A stretch of 64,000 nt of DNA. Origin: Octopus vulgaris. Taxonomy: Eukaryota. The notes under the pieces were generated by a model. That model had not been told where the DNA came from, made no database searches, and was given only the letters and a program-made list of their open reading frames with translations. The position numbers and the translations under genes are program-made. The stretch spans positions 248,001 to 312,000 of the forward strand of contig OX597823.1 in NCBI GenBank assembly GCA_951406725.2. The letters run 5' to 3'. Of this stretch, positions 52,507-64,000 are shown one piece after another (position 1 is the first letter of the stretch; the number at the start of each line of letters is the position of its first letter).

Positions 52507-54702
52507 TGAGCTGCTAATGTTGGAATGGTTGGCTAATCAGTATGAGTCCATCCTATCTCTTGTGTACACAGCTGAAAAATTTCATTAGCATTCACCTGTG
52601 TGTGTGTGTGTGTGTATACACACACACACATATAGACACCACAATTACTACATAAACACAAGCAGATAGTAGACATATTTCGGTAGACACAAATACAAGA
52701 CCCATGCTTACTCTGCCATAGACAAATGCATCAAAATGAGCAGATGCTGTGTACAAATGCTCCTTCATAATCTTCACAATCCTCACACCACTCCTCTCTC
52801 CAGATTGCCCCCCCAACACACTTCTCTCCCCCACCACACAAACTTTTACAAATGTCAGACAAAGCTGGCTTCACTTGTGACTCCTCAAAACCATCATAAT
52901 TGTTAAAGGTAACATACTTTGACGCCTATAGCAAAAACCTTGTGTTGTTTCCTTCCCTGCACATTAATCCCTTCCCCCAACTTGCTCCATAAAAGCTTAC
53001 TAAGAGTTATTGCCCTGTTGCAATATGATGTCACTTCCTGGCCAAATGCACGCCAGAGGCATCAACTAACCCCACCAGTTGCACACTTTTCAAACATTAA
53101 CGTGTGAGAGCAGCTTTAAGCGTATTCCAGGCAGACAATCCAAAGTACTAAAATAACTGCTACAAATAACAGGAAACAAGTGTTGCTACTGTCACCTCAA
53201 CCCTTCCATCACCAGATCTTTACTAAACAGCAACTATTTAACTGGCTTAAAATAGAGAAACAACAACGGAAGGGAAGGAGGTGGTGGGAAGGGACTAACG
53301 GTGGAGGAGAGAGAAATGACAGTATTTGTAATGTTAGAAGTTCAAGTTAGAAAATTGAGGTAATCTTTCTAGGAATATTTTTCAAGAATGCATACTCACT
53401 CCATTCTATTGGTATAAGGCAATTAACTGAAGGGTTATTTTCAAACCCTTTGAACATATGCATACCTACAGAGAGGCCTAAACTTGATAGTTGAAAACCT
53501 GAACTAAATTTTGGGAATTTAGACACAGACACTTGATTCTCACAGAAAGAATAAATATACTCAATTTTATATTTTGTTCTGTGCTCCACCGACCTTCTTA
53601 CCTTCATTTGGCAGATGTAAACACATTACAGTTTTTAGTTTCATCTCTTAATGAAAAAGAATAATTTTACTTTTTGAAGAGAATCTATGAGAATAAATTG
53701 GCTTGGCCAAAAGAATTCAGTGTTACTAAAGAATGTGATGAGAAACTTGACAAACCATCTTTTAAAAGTGAGTCCATATATAAAGCCAGATCTCTCTATC
53801 AGCATCTTCTAGTCATTGGTGATAGAAGTTAGATGGCTGTGGAAATTTAGACATTGGCATGGACAAGTGTATGGAGAATGTCAAGTGACAACAGTAGATA
53901 CTTCACTGTTGGCTCGATTAGGAATGAGAAGTCATTTACGGTTCAGTATGGGTATTATTGTTGTATTTAGGAACGGTCATTTTGCCAGTTTAGCCAATAA
54001 ATATTGGTATTATTGCTTACAACCTTTTTGTCTTTCAGCTTCTTGACCTTATTACAGTCCACATGGTATCTGGGGGACACAGAAGTTGAGCAATGGTAAA
54101 AAAAAACAAGGACTTTTAACAAAGACGAACCATTATTTTGATGAGTTTATGTGCAGAAAGAGTTGAGATTCGAGAAGTTAGATGATAAATCTTGAATCAA
54201 ATGAGCCAAACTTAAAGAGATGACAGTCAATGGTTTTCATTCTAAAACAAACTATGACTACTTGAACTGTGCTCCGTAGGAGGTGAAATCTTTCTTTTGT
54301 AGAGTCATGGAACCACTGCTTTAAGTTGGTCGCCATAAGACATCTTCAAATGAAAAATCTTTTCAAGATTAACAAACAGCTTACCACAGTAAACAAATTA
54401 TTCAGGTTTTTAATTCCTGTGTTTCTGTTTTTTTAAAAATAATATTTTATCTGATACAATAAAAATGAGACCAAGAGGACACTCTTTTTACTCTTTTACT
54501 TGTTTCAGTCATGTGACTGTGGCCATGCTGGAGCACCGCCTTTAGTCGAGCATATTGACTCCAGGACTTGTTCTTTGTAAACCTAGTACTTATTCTATCG
54601 GTCTCTTTTGCTGAACCACTAAGTTACGGGGACGTAAACACACCAACATGGTTGTCAAGTGATGTTAGGGGGGACAAACACAGGCACACAAACATATACA
54701 CA

Positions 54703-57230
54703 TTTGGAAGGACTGAAAGAACGGTGGTAGCAGGGAATTGTATCAGACTGCCTGAAGGGAAGCTAGGAGACAGGTATATTTAGCCAGAGGGGAAGCAGAT
54801 AAGAAAAAATTTGCCAATGTTCTGCACCGTGAGGACAAAAGACTTGAGGTATTTCGTGTTGCAAGACAGTGTGTGAGAGAGAATCGTGATGTGGTAGGAG
54901 AGAAATGTGTTCACATGGATGATGGTTCACTTGCGCTAAGTGAGGATGCAAAGAGAGAGGTTTGGAGACGCCACTATGAAAAAGTTGCTGAATAAAGAAA
55001 ATTAATGGGATAAAGAGAGTCTGCCGAATGTCGACCCAACAGAGGGACCAGCAATCCGAGTTGACAGTTCCTTAGTAGATAAGGCAATTAGAAGCATGAA
55101 AACAGGGAAAGCCCCAGGCCCATCAGGAATTACTGCAGAGATGCTCAAAATATCTGGTAGTGCTGGCTATAGCCTAGTCACCCGTATAGTTAACCAGGTG
55201 ATACACGAAGGAGTCATTCCCAATGACTGGTGTAGCAGCATAATAGTCAACTGCTACAAAAGTAAAGGTGACGCCCTAGATACAAATAATTACAGAGGTA
55301 TCAAGTCGTTGGATCAGGTAATGAAGGTCATGGACAGGGTCATAGCCCAACTAATTAGGGAGAGAGTCAGTTTAGATGAGATGCAGTTTGGGTTCATGCC
55401 AGGGAAAAGTACCACTGATACTATATTCCTGGTAAGACAGCTGCAGGAGAAATACCTAGCCAAAGATAAGCCCCTGTACCTGGCTTTTGTTGACATGGAG
55501 AAAGCCTTCGACAGGGTCCCCCGATCCCTTATCTGGTGGGCAATGAGGAAACTAGGGATAGATGAATGGTTAGTGAGAGCTGTGCGAGCCATGTACAGGG
55601 ACACCGCTAGTAAGGTGAGGGTTGGCAACGAGTACAGTGAAGAATTCCGGGTAGAGGTAGGGGTCCACCAAGGCTCAGTCCTCAGTCCCCTCCTATTTAT
55701 CATAGTCCTCCAGGCAATAACGGAGGAATTCAAGACAGGATGCCCCTGGGAGCTCCTCTATGCTGATGACCTTGCTCTAATTGCTGAGTCACTATCAGAA
55801 CTGAAGGAGAAGTTTCAGGTGTGGAAGCAAGGATTAGAATCGAAGGGCCTTAGAGTCAATCTAGCTAAAACCAAAGTCCTAATAAGTAGGAAGGTAGATA
55901 AATCACAAACGCCTTCAGGTAGATGGCCCTGCTTGGTCTGTAGAAAAGGTGTAGGTAGAAACTCTATAAGATGCACCAAGTGTAAGCTATGGACACATAA
56001 GAGGTGCAGCAATGTCAAAGGAAGGCTAACTAGGAAGATAGTTTTTGTATGTGGCAGATGCTCAGGAACAATAAACACTGAAAATGCTCTGAGACCAACT
56101 TCTGCCACATTCCAGGGAGAAAAACTAGAAATAGTTGATAGCTTCCATTACCTAGGTGACCGAGTTAGTAGCGGGGGTGGGTGTGCTGAAAGTGTAACTG
56201 CTAGAGTAAGAATAGCCTGGGCAAAGTTCAGAGAGCTCTTACCGCTGCTGGTGACAAAAGGCCTCTCGCTCAGAGTAAAAGGCAGACTGTATGATGCGTG
56301 TGTACGAACAACCATGCTACATGGCAGTGAAACATGGGCCATGACTGCTGAGGATATGCGTAAGCTCGCAAGAAATGAAGCCAGTATGCTCCAATGGATG
56401 TGTAATGTCAGTGTTCATACTCGACAGAGTGTAAGTACCTTGAGAGAAAAGCTGGACCTAAGAAGCATCAGTTGTGGTGTGCAAGAGAGACGTTTGCGCT
56501 GGTATGGTCATGTGGCAAGAATGGATGAAGATAGTTGTGTGAAAAAGTGCCACACCCTAGCGGTTGAGGGAACCCATGGAGGAGGTAGACCCAGGAAAAC
56601 CTGGGACGAGGTGGTGAAGCACGACCTTCGAACTTTAGGTCTCACCGAGGAAATGACCAGAGACTGAGACCTTTGGAAGTATGCTGTGCGTGGGAAGACC
56701 TGGCAAGACAAGTGAGACCTTAACCCATGGCCTCTATCTGGGACGTAGCCAGTCCACTTATGCATACCATTCCTTCTTGGGACACAAAACTCTACTTGTG
56801 AAGACCTGTTGAGGCAAGTGAAAATCGAAATCGATCAACATCAATGGAAATTGCAGCTGTGATACCAGTGTCGGTGGTACATAAGAGAACCATCCGAACG
56901 TGGCTGTTGTCAGCGTCACCCCGACTGACCTCGTGCCGGTGGCACGTAAAAAGCACCATCCAATTGTGGCCATTGTCAGCCTGGCCTGGCCCCCGTGCCG
57001 GTGGCATGTAAAAAGTACCATCCGATCGTGGCCGTTTGCCAGCCCCGTCTGGCACCTGTGTAGTGGCACGTAAAATGCACCCCCTACACTCACGGAGTGG
57101 TTGGCGTCCAGCCGTAGAAACATTGCCAGATCAGAGTGGGCCTGGTGCAGCCTTCTGGCTTCCCAGACACCAGTTGAACCGTCCAACCCATGCTAGCATG
57201 ACGCTAAACGACAATGATGATGATGATGAT
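54703..57230 (+). mobile_element. 5'-truncated RTE-clade LINE, young copy
   Basis: RT motifs KAPGPSGI, NYRGI, QFGF, FVDMEKAFDRV, GVHQGSVLSPLLF, LLYADD, FHYLG, and RTE-type C-terminus HGSETW...RRLRWYGHV...GRPRKTW. Broken upstream frame from about 54703; 3' UTR with ~62-nt repeats and (GAT)n tail. Endonuclease domain absent. Confidence 0.95.
55096..56667 (+). CDS. Reverse transcriptase portion of RTE ORF (523 aa open) with embedded C4HC3 finger; non-autonomous copy
   Basis: Provided ORF with intact YADD. Premature TGA at the end where the sister copy at ~39040 has CGA (RDRDLW). Frameshift and stops upstream. Confidence 0.9.
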   Translation: MKTGKAPGPSGITAEMLKISGSAGYSLVTRIVNQVIHEGVIPNDWCSSIIVNCYKSKGDALDTNNYRGIKSLDQVMKVMDRVIAQLIRERVSLDEMQFGFMPGKSTTDTIFLVRQLQEKYLAKDKPLYLAFVDMEKAFDRVPRSLIWWAMRKLGIDEWLVRAVRAMYRDTASKVRVGNEYSEEFRVEVGVHQGSVLSPLLFIIVLQAITEEFKTGCPWELLYADDLALIAESLSELKEKFQVWKQGLESKGLRVNLAKTKVLISRKVDKSQTPSGRWPCLVCRKGVGRNSIRCTKCKLWTHKRCSNVKGRLTRKIVFVCGRCSGTINTENALRPTSATFQGEKLEIVDSFHYLGDRVSSGGGCAESVTARVRIAWAKFRELLPLLVTKGLSLRVKGRLYDACVRTTMLHGSETWAMTAEDMRKLARNEASMLQWMCNVSVHTRQSVSTLREKLDLRSISCGVQERRLRWYGHVARMDEDSCVKKCHTLAVEGTHGGGRPRKTWDEVVKHDLRTLGLTEEMTRD

Positions 57231-60200
57231 ATATATCCATGTTAGCATGGAAAGCGGACGCTCAATGATGATGATGATACGACGGATTTCTTTCAGTTTC
57301 CATCAACCAAATCCACTCACAAGGCTTTGGATGGCCTAAGACTATAGTAGAAGACACTTGCCCAAGGTGTCATGCAGTGGGACTGAACCCAGAACCATGT
57401 AGTTGGTAAGCAAGCTACTTACCACACAGCCACTCCCATGCCTAGAATTTCTAAATGATCATCAATCTAAATATTAACTGAATAGTTCAAATTCTAATTG
57501 TATGAAATTTATGTTTTAGGAGTAGAAGCTAAACTTTATTTATTGAAATATCAGTCCAGACATATATTTAATAAATTGCTTCTCTGCCTCAGTAGATATT
57601 GGTTTCAAATTTTGACACAAGGCCAGCAATTTCAGGGGAGGGAATAAGTTGATTAAAATGACTTCAGTCCTCAACTGGTACTTAATTTATCAACAACGAA
57701 AGGATGAAAGGTAAAGTTAACCTTGGCAGAATTTGAACTCCGAACACCAAGACAGATAAAATGCTACTAAGCATTTTGCCCAGAACGGCAATGGACTCTG
57801 GAAGCTCACTGCCGTTGTCTAAGCAGCTACTGCTTATTTAAATTCTAAATGCAGTTGTCTTTTTAGGAATAGGGTTCAGTGAGTAGTCGATCAGCTGATG
57901 TATGATCTAATGTGGCTGGCAACAACAGGCAGGAAGACTTCCTTAACATTCCTTGTCAAAGTCATTCAAGCAGAAAGCAATGAATAATTTCTAAGACTGT
58001 GATAGAAAAGAGAGAGCAGGAAAAAAAAGAGAGGTTAAATGGAGAGAGAGAGAGAGGGTATATGTGTGTGTGTGTGTTCTTTTACTGATTTCAGTCTCAC
58101 TGGGGCTCTGCCTCCAAGGATATCAATTCCTGGAAGGCAGTGGTATAAGATTTATTTCAGACCTATTGACATCGGGACATGGCTACTGACATAACATACA
58201 GAACCCTACACACACTGAAGTCAGGTGCTATGTTAATAAGATTGATTCAATTTATATTTCTTTCTTTTTTGTTGTTTTGCAATGCCTTAGGATGAATACA
58301 AACAAGTTTTAGTAATAGTCATCTACCAAACCATATTAAACTAAGAAATGGCAGCTGCTTTTATACAGATAAACTTTCAGAATTTTGTGCTCAGATCTGT
58401 TCGGGTGATTGAGTCTGTGTGCTACATGAAGAGACAAACATGGATTTCCATGAATGACTTGATTCCCAGCCTTCACATTACTTTCTGACAGGCGTCAACA
58501 TCCACCTTGGACACTGTGCACTAAACCAGGTCATTTAAATTTGTATTCACTAGTTTATCTATCAACTTATCTGCTAGGCCTTCTTTGTTGAATTGCTTCT
58601 CTAACATTTCGGATTCTAATGTAGTTATTAGCCAAGTGACTACAACTACACACTCCTCTCTATCCATCTCAGCAAAATTAGAAATTGAGCCATTTCCAAT
58701 AAAGTAATAGCTGGCTATGTCCATCCTGTGTACAGGTAGGCTTCAGCACAGTTTTTGTCTGCTAAATCCTATGTACAAGGTATCGCTGAATCTGAAGCTA
58801 CAGCTGGTAAAGGTGCTGTGTTGTTGTACTGAACCCAGAACCACAAGGTCAAGCGATTTTCTTAACTACACAGCTATGGCAGGAGAGAGAGAGAGAGGTA
58901 GGGAGATAGCAAGCGAGAGAGAGAGGGAGAGAGCGAGCGAGAGAGAGAGGGAGAGAGGGACGGAGAGAGAGAGAGAGATCAACCATTAATTGATGAACAG
59001 TTTCAGAATGTAAACTTTTCTATGGTATGTCTACTCTAGTCTCTGATATTCTCAAGAATCTGTGAATTATTCAAGATGCATTAGCTGTATTGCAGAGAAA
59101 AGTTTATTTGCACTCTATATATTGTGGCAATGCCTTGCCATTTGTATTATAACCTCCCTACCTCAAAGGTATGCTCTAGAACTTGCCACCATCTCTCTCT
59201 CTCTCTCTCTTCTTTTACTCAACCATCTCATTTGCATTCTGATCTCTGTCTCCTTTGAATATGCCCAGCATTTTGCCATCATCTCTCTCCTGCAGTCTCC
59301 CACTCTTTCTCTCCTTTTCCTGCTCTAGGTTAGGTACCCATGTATCTCCTTTAAAGCAATTTCTGTCTTCCTTTTCTCTCTCTCTCTCCCTCTATCTCTC
59401 TGGCCAGGTAACCATGTACCTGCCCTTCAAAAACCCTTCAAAGCAATACCCTAACATGGCCACATTCAAATAACTGAATCAAGTAAACGATAAAACATAA
59501 TCCTCAAACACCTATGTTCCATGGGAGTATGCAGGACTAAGGACTGCATCATGTTCCAATATATATATATATATATATATATACACTCACGTTAGGTTGG
59601 CGTTAGGAAGGGCATCCAGCCGTAGAAACACTGCCAGATCAGACTGGGCCTGATGCAGCCTTCTGGCTTCACAGACCTCAGTTGAACCGTCCAACCCATG
59701 CTAGCATGGAAAGCGGATGCTAAATGATGATGATGATGATGATATATATATAAACCTGCCATAATTTTTAGAGTTGAAACAGGGACCAATAAGAGCTTTT
59801 AATCATAACAATTTTAAACCCTTTATTTTTTTTCAATGCTTTCGGCATTTTCATTCAACAAGTTTTGCCCAGCAAAGCATCTGCACCTAGAGGTACAAGT
59901 TCATGATTTTCATTCTTTTATATTTGTAATCAGGTTTAGAATTTCTATTTTGATATCAATTACATTGGCATTGTCTTTTTGCAGAGTTCTTGGATAGAAA
60001 AGTAGGATTTCATGCCTATAAATATGTAAAGAATTCTTTCAATTGTGGGTAACTTTCACTAAAATCTGGTATTACCATGTTGTATTCCATTTCAGTAAAG
60101 TCATAAAACTCCTTTAGTTGTGTTGTGTGAACTGTATATATATGAAAATATTTGAACATTTTCACAATAACTGTTTTGGCAGCTGTCTGAAGACAGTAGA

Positions 60201-62572
60201 GCCAATAACATCAAAGTTTCTTCTAAATTTGGTTTTTAATGGGGTAAAAATGTTCTTACAGTTTTTGTTTTACACTACTAGAATCTAAGTTACATTTGTC
60301 TTCAAAAAATTCCATTAAACCCTGATTGTCAATAACTGAGATTTAGGAACTAATCAAGATCTCAGCTGTCTCACTTAGAACATTGTGACCTCCTGACCAG
60401 GATATACTATGACAAATAATGCAAGGTAACTTCAATATCTTCCCAGTGCACAGCATCTATAGAAATTATGATTAAGTTTACCCCTCCACACCATTGTTGA
60501 ATCATTGGTATCACTACATTTAAAAATGTTGAAATTTTGTCTGTACTAGATGAAATTTTAGTTTCAAAAGTTTTCATATCAAATTTGAATAAACAGTCTT
60601 GAAAGTCATCTCATGAGAATCTATAGTGAAGGCAAAGGTGGCCTGTTTAGTAGCTATGAGAATCACCAATCTGGTGATTAATTAATTTTGAAGTCACTTA
60701 TGATGGTGGCTTAAAAAGAGAACTCAAATAGGGACCACATTTTTATCTGCCCATATGAGAAACATTATACTTTTTTTTAAAGAGTAATTCTTCTTGGAAT
60801 TCTTTCTGTAAATACTCTTTTATGGTCTTATAAATCAAAAAGTTCTTTCAATGAACCAATACAAAAGAAATTTTTCAAATGAAAGAATAAAAACAAATAT
60901 GTACTGATATCATATAAATGTTCCAAAATGAGCGAAACCCCCCCCCCCCCCCCAGAAAATTCAGTGAAATGCCAGTAGTTCTCTGTATTCGTGTACTGCA
61001 ACTTGATCAGAAAAGCCACACAGCTCCCACTCCTTTTTTTTTTTTAAACAGTGAAATAGTTTCATAATGAGTTTGTTAAAAACTAACAAATAACACTGCA
61101 TTGTGCCTTTGTTGTCAAATCAGAATAAATATCAGAAGCAAAAAGTTTTTCCAGAAATCAGACAGAATTTCAAACCAGCTGAAACATTGGGACAATGTTG
61201 CTAAACTGGGAAATAGGGTAAACCTGTAATAGACATATAGGGCTTATATATATTTATACACACACAATACACATATTGTTCAGAAAAAGTACATCTCCAG
61301 TACAGCTGGAAACTGCAGTTAAGATAGAACAGCCAGACTCGAAATTCTCAACATCTTACTTTAACAAAGCTGCCTGATCTACCTTTAAAGGAACACAACT
61401 TCCTCCTGCAACCTTTTGAGATGCACATCCAAAGAGAAGTGATGCAGAAGCGTAGAAATGAGAACATGTTTGAAAGAACACCATTCTAAATATAGATGAA
61501 ATAGAATCTTTCATGTAGCAGAGACTGGTTGCTGCTGCTGCTGCTAATCCAACCTTGACACCAACTAATCAACTAACTTTGCCCCAACTACCACACCTGA
61601 TTAGTAATGACGAAGAGGCAGAGAGAAGAAGCTGAAAATGTATTACAAGTCTCTACAAACAATGTAAAATTCAGAGAAGCAACATAGTAAAGATTCAGTT
61701 TTGAAAATATGGAGGAGAAGTATTTTGCTTTTCTAGCCTCAATTTTATGATTGAAGTTTAAAACTGAACGTCGCCTCAAAGGAGGTCCTGCAAAAGGTGC
61801 AGCAACAACACTTTCTACTACAGGCACAAGGCCTGGAATTTCGGGGGAGGGGGGAAGCTGATTACATTGACCATCCCCCCAGTACTTAACTGGTATTTAT
61901 TTTATTGACTCCGAAAGGACGAAAGGCAAAGTTGGCCTCGGCAGAACTTGAATTAAGAACGTGAAGGCAGATGAAATGTTGCCAAACATTTTGCCTGGTG
62001 TGCTAACGATTCTGCCAGCTCATTGCCGCCTTATTATTATTATTATTATTATTATTTTCATTAGCATTTTCTTTCAATTCTGCTTCTATTTCTTGCCAAG
62101 TGTCTTCCTGACACCTAGGGCAGAGAAACGTACTGTACCCATTGGCAAGGCATCAAAACAAACACACCAGATTGTTCATTTACAGAATCATGTGTTAGAG
62201 AAAAAGGGGAAGACAGAGAGAAAAAATAAAAAATAAAAAAGTAAACAAATAAAATAAAGGGGGAAGAAAGAAAATTGACCCTAACAATGCTCTTTGCAAT
62301 ATGTGTGACAAGTTACCAGTTAAGACAATCTTTTGCACTTCCTGCATTATTATTATTATTAATTTCAAACTTTGGCCTGAAATTTTGGGGTAAGGACCTA
62401 GTCAATGACATTAACCCCAGTGCTCAACTGGTACTTAGGTCATTGACCCTGAAAGGATAAAAGGCAAAGCCGACCTCAACAGAATTTGAACTCAGACTAT
62501 AAAGACGGGCAAAATACCCGTAAGCATTTTGTCCAGATTCTGCCAACTTGCCACAGTAATAATAGTAGAAGC

Positions 62573-62609
<37 letters not shown>

Positions 62610-63403
62610 AAAAGAAGAAGAAGAAGAAGGAGCAGGAGACGGAAAAGAGCAAGTTTTTTGATGAGAGGCATTGGCTGATAACATCAACCCCTACTTGACT
62701 GGGATTTTATTTTGTCAAATGATAAAAGAATGAGGGATAATAGTAAAGGTTTTAGAGAACACCCATTTTAGGTATAGCATAACACTTACAAAATGTTTAC
62801 CAGCACCCCAGAATCCTCTTTCTTATTTAATGTCCCCTTTTCTCTGCTGGCATGGGTTTGACAGGAACCAATGAGCTGGAGGGCTGCACTGAGTTCCAAT
62901 GTCTGCTTTGGCATGGTTTCTATGGCTGGATATCCTTCCTAATGCCAACCACTATACAAAGTGTACTAGATGCTTTTTTTGTGGCATCAGTGAGGTTACC
63001 TTGCAAGACAAGACCCCCTAATTGAGTCGGGTATAGTACTGAAGCATGTGAAAGTATGATGGAGAGACAGGAATAAGTGTCTAGCCGAAAGAGTCAATGC
63101 AGATTTTGTTTCCACACTTGGAATTTCAATTCTAATTCTACTACAGTTTCAGCTACAAGAAGAGGGTCAACAACATTATTTTATAGTCCTCTATTATGGC
63201 CTAGAGGATTATGACAAATTATTGCCAACTCTTAGCTTATTGGCAACATCTTTGTACATGACTTCAACCACTCTCACCAGTCATTCATCAAACAGCTTCT
63301 GCAGTAACCAGCAGATCAAGAAGCCAGAAAATCTCATCTCATTACATCAGCAAAGCAGAAAGAAAAGACAAATTCAAAATAAAAATCTCCAATAAATACT
63401 TAC

Positions 63404-63646
63404 TCATCTGATTTTTCTGATTTGTTACTATCAGCCCAGGTCATCCTGGATTTATAATCACATGGTAACGTTGACCTTAAAGATCCATCACAACGATTAA
63501 AATTTTGGTAAGAGTTTGAGGAGCCTGCTGCAAAGGTATGAGACTTGGGTAGGTTCCGACAACCATCGATGGTATTACGTTCCTCTGATATTGTACTTCT
63601 CGTAACACCACCAACGGTTCGCCGAGCGTACCGCTTGCTAGGTGAC
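63404..63646 (-). CDS. Internal coding exon of a PTPN3/PTPN4 (PTP-MEG)-like FERM-PDZ tyrosine phosphatase, end of FERM-adjacent region plus linker
   Basis: Acceptor ctttctttgttaatttccag|G and donor GA|gtaagta; 243 nt, phase 2-2, no stops. Peptide (R)SPSKRYARRTVGGVTRSTISEERNTIDGCRNLPKSH resembles the PTPN4 post-FERM segment as recalled (RSPSKPLARK...VSRNSISDDR). An EPB41L4B/5-type FERM-adjacent region is a weaker alternative. Confidence 0.72.
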
Positions 63647-64000
63647 CTGGAAATTAACAAAGAAAGAAACAATTCTGATAAAAGAAAAACCAAAAACAAG
63701 AATCAATTGTTAAAAAACAGAAAAATGAATCAAATAATTAAAACTAACAAATGAAAATATAATTACACGGTCAATGGAAAACTGGAATAAATTTTACATG
63801 CAAGAAATCAGTTATTGATTCTACATTGTTCAAGTCTATAAAAATAAAAAATACAAACACATATTTCTATGCATTTATGATTTTTCACATGGGTTCAGAA
63901 CTGGTTTTATTATAAAGTGGTGCAATAAATAGAAAGAGGACTGATCATAATGTATAATTATTTAAATTACAAAAGCAGGGGGATTAAATGTAACGATTAT

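Larger units (their letters stand above)
54483..57443 (-). mobile_element. Second SINE family (tRNA head plus CORE-like ccttgggcaagtg) split into 54483-54702 and 57278-57443 by the RTE LINE
   Basis: Minus-strand head ggagtggctgtgtggtaag...gggttcagtccc...accttgggcaagtgtctt at 57443-57350; tail (aaagagta)n at ~54483; LINE sits in the internal CA/TA tract. Partial copies at ~20417-20590, 48020-48130, 50280-50410, 58735-58880. Confidence 0.8.

Noticed and set aside
55096-56667. Retron, DGR or domesticated RT gene
   Set aside because: Motifs, 5' truncation, tail and dispersed copies identify an ordinary non-LTR retrotransposon copy; flanking frame is disrupted.
56866-57082. CRISPR-like appearance of a ~25-nt motif recurring every ~62 nt
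   Set aside because: Spacers are homologous to one another, the array is a LINE 3' UTR repeated across the window, the DNA is eukaryotic and there are no cas genes.

Overview
AT-rich, microsatellite-dense animal DNA with no prokaryotic features. The repeat families (RTE LINEs with (GAT)n tails, tRNA-derived SINEs, R4/Dong-like pieces) look like an octopus genome; this is an inference from recalled repeat sequences. The window appears to lie almost wholly inside large introns of one minus-strand gene, probably a PTPN3/PTPN4 (PTP-MEG)-type FERM-PDZ tyrosine phosphatase. Two phase-compatible exons (63404-63646 and 30935-31052) are reasonably supported, plus some weaker candidate cassette or first exons. 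The rest is a transposon graveyard: a long 5'-truncated RTE LINE with an open 523-aa RT ORF and many shorter relatives, L1-Tx1, CR1-like and R4/Dong-like LINE remnants, a full-length decayed mariner, piggyBac-type MITEs, Helentron-type elements, an 840-bp foldback element and several SINE families, often nested or stacked in microsatellites. I cannot support a claim of a new biological system. The best leads are a C4HC3 (PHD-type) finger inside the RTE reverse transcriptase, a tandem array of predicted H-type pseudoknots in that family's 3' UTR, a decayed hammerhead-like motif, and long intronic hairpins that could be ADAR substrates. All family assignments are by eye from motifs; no searches were run and repeat boundaries are approximate.
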